Positions 58,105 through 64,000 of a stretch of DNA of 64,000 nucleotides are shown piece by piece. The position numbers and the translations under genes are program-made. The stretch comes from Candidatus Schekmanbacteria bacterium (lineage in GTDB: Bacteria; CSSED10-310; JACPHN01). Numbering within the stretch: position 1 is the first letter of the stretch; every line of letters starts with the position of its first letter. Under the pieces are notes generated by a model. That model had not been told where the DNA came from, did not search any database, and saw only the letters and a list, made by a program, of their open reading frames with translations. The stretch lies in the NCBI GenBank assembly GCA_016188575.1, contig JACPHN010000012.1:8197-72196 (forward strand), read 5' to 3'.

Positions 58105-59307
58105 CTACCAGGCCGAGCTCTCCAGGCAGTTGTGGTAGACCAGCGCCGCCGTATCGATTTTCTCACCGCCATTTCCGTAGAGGCCGTGATAGTAGAAGTC
58201 CCAGACGTTGGTGCCTTTCGTGCTGTCGCTCTTGTTCTCTCCGTCTTGTCGGTTGTTCGTCCCCTTGGGGAAAAAGTTGAGCTTGTCGAAGAACCACCAC
58301 AGTGGCTGCGAAGCGGAAGCATCATGCGTGCTGTCATACACATCCCAAAAGTATCTTGCTACGTTCGATTCCGTTTTCTCCGCATCGCCGGTGCACGTTT
58401 CGCCCTCGATGTCGTATCCGTAACTGGTCGGTTTCTTCGCTGACGGGTAGAAGAAGGTTGCCGCCGCGACAAAGTTGGCCCATCCCTCTCCGAAGGCGCA
58501 GGATTCAGTTTCCGCCGAATTCCAGCTATGCCCGCCGATACAGCTATAGTCGAGGCTGTCGCGCTCCCACGCCAGCATGTTGACGACGTGACCGAGCTCG
58601 TGGGCCATGGTGCTGTTGTTGAACGCGTAGCCACTGTCGGGCATCCCAATCTTCGTGCGGCTGTAGGTAGCCCCGGTCTTTGCAGAGGGATACGGAAAGT
58701 GGATGTTTACACCCGCCATATACTCCCAGAGGTAGGCGGACGCGGTCCCGACGTTGGTCAGGAAGTTCGCGGCGGTCGCGAACATGTTGGACAGCTTGTG
58801 CGGGTTCGCCTTGGTACCGAGGTACCGATTACCAATGTCGACCGTCTGTCCGCTCTTTCCCGTCTTGTATCCGGAGTACAGGGCACTGACCCATTTGCCC
58901 CCTTCTGTGGTGACGAATCGAAAGCGCGGGGTGCCGTTCTTTTCGTGACCGGATTCGTATCGAAACTCGGCGTGCAGGCTCGGGCTCGAAGAGGAAGACG
59001 TCCAGCTCACGTTGAAGCTACCGGTGCCGTCAGTCTTTGCTGTGCCTACGACGTTGCCGTTCTTGTCAAGCAGGTAGATTTTCGCGTGGGGAACGCCGCG
59101 CCACGTATACTTGTCCGCGGTGAGGTAGACCGCCCCGTCTCCGGGTTGAGCAGCATAGTACCTGTACTCGTAGTAAAGAATGCGGCCCTTCATTGCCCCG
59201 GTGTATGAGGCCGCCAGAGCTGGCGTTGCTGGAGCGAGCAGGGCGATGGTGCACGTGGCCGCGGAAAGGAAGGCGAGGAGGCAGCGAAGCATGTTTCTTT
59301 TGCTCAT
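58105..59307 (-). CDS. Secreted zinc metalloprotease-like protein
   Basis: Signal peptide ending ALA, HELGH, then downstream EGWA (gluzincin-like). Confidence 0.75.
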   Translation of the reverse strand: MSKRNMLRCLLAFLSAATCTIALLAPATPALAASYTGAMKGRILYYEYRYYAAQPGDGAVYLTADKYTWRGVPHAKIYLLDKNGNVVGTAKTDGTGSFNVSWTSSSSSPSLHAEFRYESGHEKNGTPRFRFVTTEGGKWVSALYSGYKTGKSGQTVDIGNRYLGTKANPHKLSNMFATAANFLTNVGTASAYLWEYMAGVNIHFPYPSAKTGATYSRTKIGMPDSGYAFNNSTMAHELGHVVNMLAWERDSLDYSCIGGHSWNSAETESCAFGEGWANFVAAATFFYPSAKKPTSYGYDIEGETCTGDAEKTESNVARYFWDVYDSTHDASASQPLWWFFDKLNFFPKGTNNRQDGENKSDSTKGTNVWDFYYHGLYGNGGEKIDTAALVYHNCLESSAW

Positions 59308-59375
59308 GGTAAGACCTTTCATGGGTGTTTTTTGGGTTCAGGGGAGTTGATGGAAGGATGCGGTGCGCGGGATTC

Positions 59376-59918
59376 TCATTCGACCTCCGAGTCGTCGGCG
59401 AAACCCCGAGCGGTGCCCGCGAAGTGCTCGCCCCTGGCGAGCTGCCGCGTGGGAGCATCATCTTCGGCCTGGCGGATCTCCTCCAGGGAGGCGGTTCGGT
59501 ATCCGCCGGCCGCTGAATCCCGCAGAAAGGAGGCCGAAAGGGGGTACTCGGCGATCATCTCGCCGCGTTCGTCCTCGAGCCGGACGCGGAAGTTGAAGTG
59601 GCGAACGGGCCGATCTCGCCTCTCGATCTCGGCGTGGATGGTTACGGCGCCCATCGAGTCGACGCGCTCGGTAAGGATGGGCGTTGCGGATTCTTCCGCC
59701 CGATCGCCTCTGGGCAGTAGCACGACTTGCACGATCCTGTCGGACGAGGAGGTCAGAACAAGCTCGAGAGCAGTAGAGCCTCCTACATCTTCGATGCTTG
59801 AAAGCGTGACGTCTACCTCCGGCCGAGGCGAGCTTGCGGAGGCAGTGGTGAAGGTCAATAGAGCGGTGGCGGCCACGACCGAGAGCATGAGCGTGTAGGT
59901 GCGAGCAAATACGGACAT
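59376..59918 (-). CDS. Secreted hypothetical protein
   Basis: GGAGG RBS, signal peptide, beta-rich body. Confidence 0.6.
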   Translation of the reverse strand: MSVFARTYTLMLSVVAATALLTFTTASASSPRPEVDVTLSSIEDVGGSTALELVLTSSSDRIVQVVLLPRGDRAEESATPILTERVDSMGAVTIHAEIERRDRPVRHFNFRVRLEDERGEMIAEYPLSASFLRDSAAGGYRTASLEEIRQAEDDAPTRQLARGEHFAGTARGFADDSEVE

Positions 59919-59970
59919 TTCGAAACCTCCGATGCGTGTAAACGCAGTTTGCATAGTTGCCCCATGCTGG

Positions 59971-59987
59971 AGCAATCGACGTGCCAA
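59971..59987 (-). promoter_or_regulatory. Sigma54 promoter
   Basis: TTGGCACGTCGATTGCT, near-perfect TGGCAC-N5-TTGC consensus. Confidence 0.8.
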
Positions 59988-60342
59988 AGGCGGTGGCCAG
60001 GGTCGGGAGTGCCCGTGCCCGCGGCTCCGGCTCGTATTTTTCCGCACCGGTACGCGATCGGATCTCGACATGATCGTGGCTCACTTCGGACCGCGGTGCT
60101 CGACCTGCGCTCGTGCGAGGTTTGCGGCAAGCCCACGCTTTCGCGGCCAACACCGGGTTTTGGCTGCGAAAGCATGTCGGCAACACCACGCCCTGTTCGG
60201 GCCACCGATTCATCCGCCCCGTGGCGCGGCGACCGCCGAGCCGCCACGTTGCCACGCCGGGCCGGCTCGCGGTACAGTTCGAGCCGTGCGAGCTCTCGCT
60301 CGACCTCGTTTTCTACCCACAGCTTGCTGAGCCCCGGATCCC

Positions 60343-63300
60343 ATGATTGACGACCGCGAATGGCTCGACGATGCACCAGAGCAGTTGGGGGCATATCGCC
60401 TGGCCGAAGTGGTGGGGGAAGGCGGAATGGGGCGGGTGTACCGGGCCTTTCGGGTTGGCGACGCGAGCCCGGCCGCCATCAAGATGCTGCGTGCCCCCAA
60501 CAAGGCCATCGAGGCGACGATCCGGCGCGAAATTCACGCGCTGCAGCGGCTGGCGCATCCCGGCATTGTCCGGATCTTCGATTCGGGCAGCTATCGCGGT
60601 GCGCCGTGGTTTGCCATGGACCTGATCGAAGGCGAAAACCTTCGAGACTGGGTACAAGCGCGCTGGGACCCGAGACACGCGAATCTTTCGGATGAGCTGA
60701 CGGCAACGGCGCCGGCGGTGACACGGAGCGCCCGCGAGGTGGAGACCGGCGTCGCCGAAGGCTTCATCCCCCAGGCGAGGTCGCGGCTCCGCCCTCGGGC
60801 CTCGCTTACGGCGCTCCGCGACGTCTTGACGCTGTTTGCCGGACTCTGCGAGTCACTGGCCTATCTTCATGGGGAGGGCGTAGTCCACCGTGACCTGAAA
60901 CCGGGGAACGTCCTCGTGTCGCCCCATGGCCGCCCGATAATCGTCGATTTCGGTATCTCGATGGGCTTTGGCGGGGCCGACAACCGCGAGGAGCTCACCG
61001 TCGACCTGCAGCCGCGTGGCACGATCGCCTATATGGCTCCCGAGCAGATTCGAGGCGAGCTTCTCGACGCGCGCGCGGATCTCTATGCGCTCGGCTGTAT
61101 GCTGTACGAAGCCGCGACGGGATCTCTCCCTTTCCGCGGCAACTTTCCGGCGCTCCTGGCGGCTCACCTGCGCAAGGAACCCCTGCTGCCGTCCGCGATC
61201 GTGCCCGCGCTGCCGGCGGAGCTCGACGGGCTGATTGGAAACCTCCTCGCCAAGGACCCTCGCCAGCGGTTGGGATACGCGCGGGACGTCGCCCGGGTGT
61301 TGGAAGCGCTCGGCGCCCGATGGAGGCCTTCCGCGAATGCCCCCCGCGCGCGGTCATACCTTTACCGGGCCAGGTTTCACGGCCGCGAAGCGGAGCTCGA
61401 GGAGCTCCTGCGGAGCGCTCGTCGAGTTGCCGAGCGAGACGGGGCAGGACAGGTCGTGCTCCTGCGGGGCGAGAGTGGGATCGGGAAAACCCGTCTGCTT
61501 CAGGAGCTCGTTCGAAAGGTGAGCCCGCGCATGATTGTGCTCGGCGACCGGACTCGAGCACCACATGCTGGTATGGCGTCCGCCGAGGAGCCAGGGGGGC
61601 TCCCCCTGCAACCGCTTGAACACCTCTTCGAGCACGTTGCCCAGCTTTGCGAGCAACTGGGATCGGAGGGCACCGCGCGTCTGTTGCAGGACAGTGGCCC
61701 GCTGCTCTCGGCATACGCTCCCCCCCTCAGGCTGTTACCGGGAATCGATCCGCTGGCGCCGATCGTCCCGCTGCCGCCGGAGGCGTCGCGATTGCGCCTT
61801 TTCTTCGCGCTGCGCCAGCTTCTTGGTGCCGTGGCGCGTGAGGGGCCGATCGTCCTGATCCTCGATGACGCCCAATGGCTCGACGAGCTGACGGCCGGTT
61901 TCCTGGTTTTTCTGGCGGACTCTTCCGGTGGGGATTATCCGGCAACGATGGTCCTGGCGGCTTACCGTAGCGAGGAAGAAACCGCCCATTTGCGGCGGGT
62001 GCGCCAGACCTCCGGTCTACGAGCTATTTCTCTCCGAGGTCTCTCCGTGCGGGAATTCGGCCTCGTGGCAATCGACATGCTCGCTCTGGATGAGGAGCCG
62101 GAGAAGTTTGTGCGATTTCTCGAGGAAGTGGCCGAGGGCAACCCTTTTTTCGCGGCCGAGTACCTGCGGGCGGCCGTCGATGAAGGCGTGCTGTATCGCG
62201 ATGCGTTGGGCCGCTGGAGGCTGGCGGCTGGCCCCGGTACCGCGGCGGACCCGACCTACGCGTCGCTTCGGCTCCCGCATGGACTGAAGGATCTGCTGCA
62301 GCGCCGAATCGCTCGCTTCTCCGCTGCGGTGCGCGCGGTCCTGGAGATGGCGGCCGTCGTCGGCCCGACCGTGGAGCTCTCGCTGCTGTCCGCGCTGGCT
62401 GGCGCGGAACACGCGGACCTCTACGGCGCGCTCGATTCGCTGATCACCGGGGCGGTGCTCGAGGAAACGGCGATCGCGGGGACACTGAGCTTCGTTCACG
62501 ACAAGCTGCGGGAGGCGGCCTGTGTGGAGATCCCGGATGAGCGAAGACGAGTGCTTCATCTCCGCGTCGCCGTGCAGCTGCGAGACCGCGGCGACGGCGA
62601 GACCGTGGACTGGGGACAACTGGCGCGGCACTGGGATCAAGGGGAAGCACGAGCAGAAGCCGTGGCGGCGTACCAGAAGGCGGCAGAACGCGCGCGAGAC
62701 GCGGCGGCGGTCAAGGAGGCGACCCAGTATTGCACGCGGGCACTGGCGCTGTGCAGCGACGAGGATCGGTCTGCAGAGGCGCGGATTCTCCAGCTCCGGG
62801 GCACCATTCTCGATTTTGCCGGAGATTCGGCGGCGGCGGTTACCGATCTCGACGCCGCGGCGCGGCTGTTCGCCGTGACGCGCGACACCCCGGCCCGCTC
62901 GGCGTGTCTTCTCTTGATGGCGGCCGCGCAGTTGCGGCAGGGTGCCTTTCAGGACGTTCTGGAAACACTGAGGGGGGATGGACCAGATGGGGTCGGCCCC
63001 ACAGTCCCGGCCTCCGAGGTCGAGGCATCGCACATCGTTCTGATCGGGGCCGCTCAATGGCGCCTGGGCAACGTGATCGCGGCCGAGAACAATCTCAGGC
63101 GCGCCATTGATTCCGCGCGGCGGTCCGGCGCCGAAAAAGCGCTCGCGAATGGGTTGCAGTACCTCGTTCTGATGCTGCATGAGCAGGGACGCATGGAGGA
63201 GGGGAGAGCGCCGTCCGAGGAGCTCCTGGCGCTCGTTGCACGGCTAGGGGAGCCGCGAGAATGCGCCCGCGCTCTTTCGAACGCCGCCGTGCTTCACATT

Positions 63301-64000
63301 CGGCTCGGGAGATTCGACACGGCCCGAGCCCTGCTCGAGCGATCGCTGGACATTCTTCGATCCATCGGAGACCGGCCGGGCGTTGCCATGACGCTCGGAA
63401 ATCTCGGTGGGCTGCATCTCGAAACGGGCGACTTGGAGAAGGCGCTGCAGGCGCTCGAGCAGGCGGCGGAAGCGAGCCGAACCATTGGCGATCGCCCTGG
63501 CATGCTGCGGCATCTGCTGAACAAGTGCAACATCCTGCGCGACCTCGGGAAGCTCGGCGAGGCGCTCGAAGGCGTCCGGCGCGTGGTGCAGGAGCACCTC
63601 GACACGCGCAATGAACGAGATTTGCCGCTGTCTCTATACCTTCGCGGCGCCGTTCTCGCGGATTGCGGCGCGTTCCTGGAGGCGCGCCGAGACCTCCAGG
63701 AGGCGGCCGCCGCCTATGCGGGCTTCGATGCCAGATACGGGGAGGCGGAATGTGCAGAAAAGCTCGGCGAGATTGCCCACTTCCGGGGAGACGCCGAGGA
63801 AGCGCGGCGGCTGTGGAAACAGGCGCTGGACCTGGCGCGGCGAACTGGATATCGCTCGGTGGAGCTGGTCGCTCGCGGACGACTTTGTGCCGGCCGAGCC
63901 GCCTCCGGCGAGGCGTGCGAGCCCGAGATGGTGGCGCTCGACGCCGCGGCCAGAAGCGAGGACGAAGACACTATCCTCGAGGTCTGCATCGTCTTGGGCG
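60343..64000 (+). CDS. Ser/Thr kinase - STAND/AAA ATPase - TPR protein (3' end runs off the window)
   Basis: Absent from the ORF track because there is no stop. Manual translation from ATG 60343: GEGGMGRVY, AIK, HRDLKPGN, DFG, YMAPEQ, GAESGIGKT, LDDAQW, GNPFF, FVHDKL, then TPR helices. Confidence 0.9.
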   Translation, partial: MIDDREWLDDAPEQLGAYRLAEVVGEGGMGRVYRAFRVGDASPAAIKMLRAPNKAIEATIRREIHALQRLAHPGIVRIFDSGSYRGAPWFAMDLIEGENLRDWVQARWDPRHANLSDELTATAPAVTRSAREVETGVAEGFIPQARSRLRPRASLTALRDVLTLFAGLCESLAYLHGEGVVHRDLKPGNVLVSPHGRPIIVDFGISMGFGGADNREELTVDLQPRGTIAYMAPEQIRGELLDARADLYALGCMLYEAATGSLPFRGNFPALLAAHLRKEPLLPSAIVPALPAELDGLIGNLLAKDPRQRLGYARDVARVLEALGARWRPSANAPRARSYLYRARFHGREAELEELLRSARRVAERDGAGQVVLLRGESGIGKTRLLQELVRKVSPRMIVLGDRTRAPHAGMASAEEPGGLPLQPLEHLFEHVAQLCEQLGSEGTARLLQDSGPLLSAYAPPLRLLPGIDPLAPIVPLPPEASRLRLFFALRQLLGAVAREGPIVLILDDAQWLDELTAGFLVFLADSSGGDYPATMVLAAYRSEEETAHLRRVRQTSGLRAISLRGLSVREFGLVAIDMLALDEEPEKFVRFLEEVAEGNPFFAAEYLRAAVDEGVLYRDALGRWRLAAGPGTAADPTYASLRLPHGLKDLLQRRIARFSAAVRAVLEMAAVVGPTVELSLLSALAGAEHADLYGALDSLITGAVLEETAIAGTLSFVHDKLREAACVEIPDERRRVLHLRVAVQLRDRGDGETVDWGQLARHWDQGEARAEAVAAYQKAAERARDAAAVKEATQYCTRALALCSDEDRSAEARILQLRGTILDFAGDSAAAVTDLDAAARLFAVTRDTPARSACLLLMAAAQLRQGAFQDVLETLRGDGPDGVGPTVPASEVEASHIVLIGAAQWRLGNVIAAENNLRRAIDSARRSGAEKALANGLQYLVLMLHEQGRMEEGRAPSEELLALVARLGEPRECARALSNAAVLHIRLGRFDTARALLERSLDILRSIGDRPGVAMTLGNLGGLHLETGDLEKALQALEQAAEASRTIGDRPGMLRHLLNKCNILRDLGKLGEALEGVRRVVQEHLDTRNERDLPLSLYLRGAVLADCGAFLEARRDLQEAAAAYAGFDARYGEAECAEKLGEIAHFRGDAEEARRLWKQALDLARRTGYRSVELVARGRLCAGRAASGEACEPEMVALDAAARSEDEDTILEVCIVLG

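Overview
GC-rich (roughly 65-70%) bacterial chromosomal segment. Its Ser/Thr kinases, sigma54 promoters and secreted proteases suggest a Myxococcota/deltaproteobacteria-like or related uncultured lineage (inference). The centre is a minus-strand block: dnaA, then a tRNA-Arg(UCU) gene interrupted after U34 by a 310-nt ORF-less group I intron, then a Tad/Flp pilus locus. The locus has 2 Flp-type pilins, 2 TadE, TadG, CpaB, a CpaC secretin, a CpaE-CpaF fusion, TadB and TadC, plus three FHA-domain membrane proteins, DUF192 and a TPR lipoprotein. This resembles the Kil contact-killing Tad system. The block continues into a CtpA protease, a family-5 solute-binding protein and an orphan histidine kinase. 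Other notable items: (1) an rsgA split by a -1 frameshift, behind a perfect sigma70 promoter and a candidate leader-peptide attenuator; (2) a ~130-140 bp inverted-repeat element in 4 copies, each next to a candidate promoter; (3) a secreted tail-fibre-like protein with a low-GC C-terminal tip; (4) paralogous kinase-STAND(-TPR) genes cut by both window edges; (5) a TetR-controlled TPP/SDR operon; (6) a sigma54-led secreted protease cluster. No CRISPR array, integrase, transposase or reverse transcriptase was seen.
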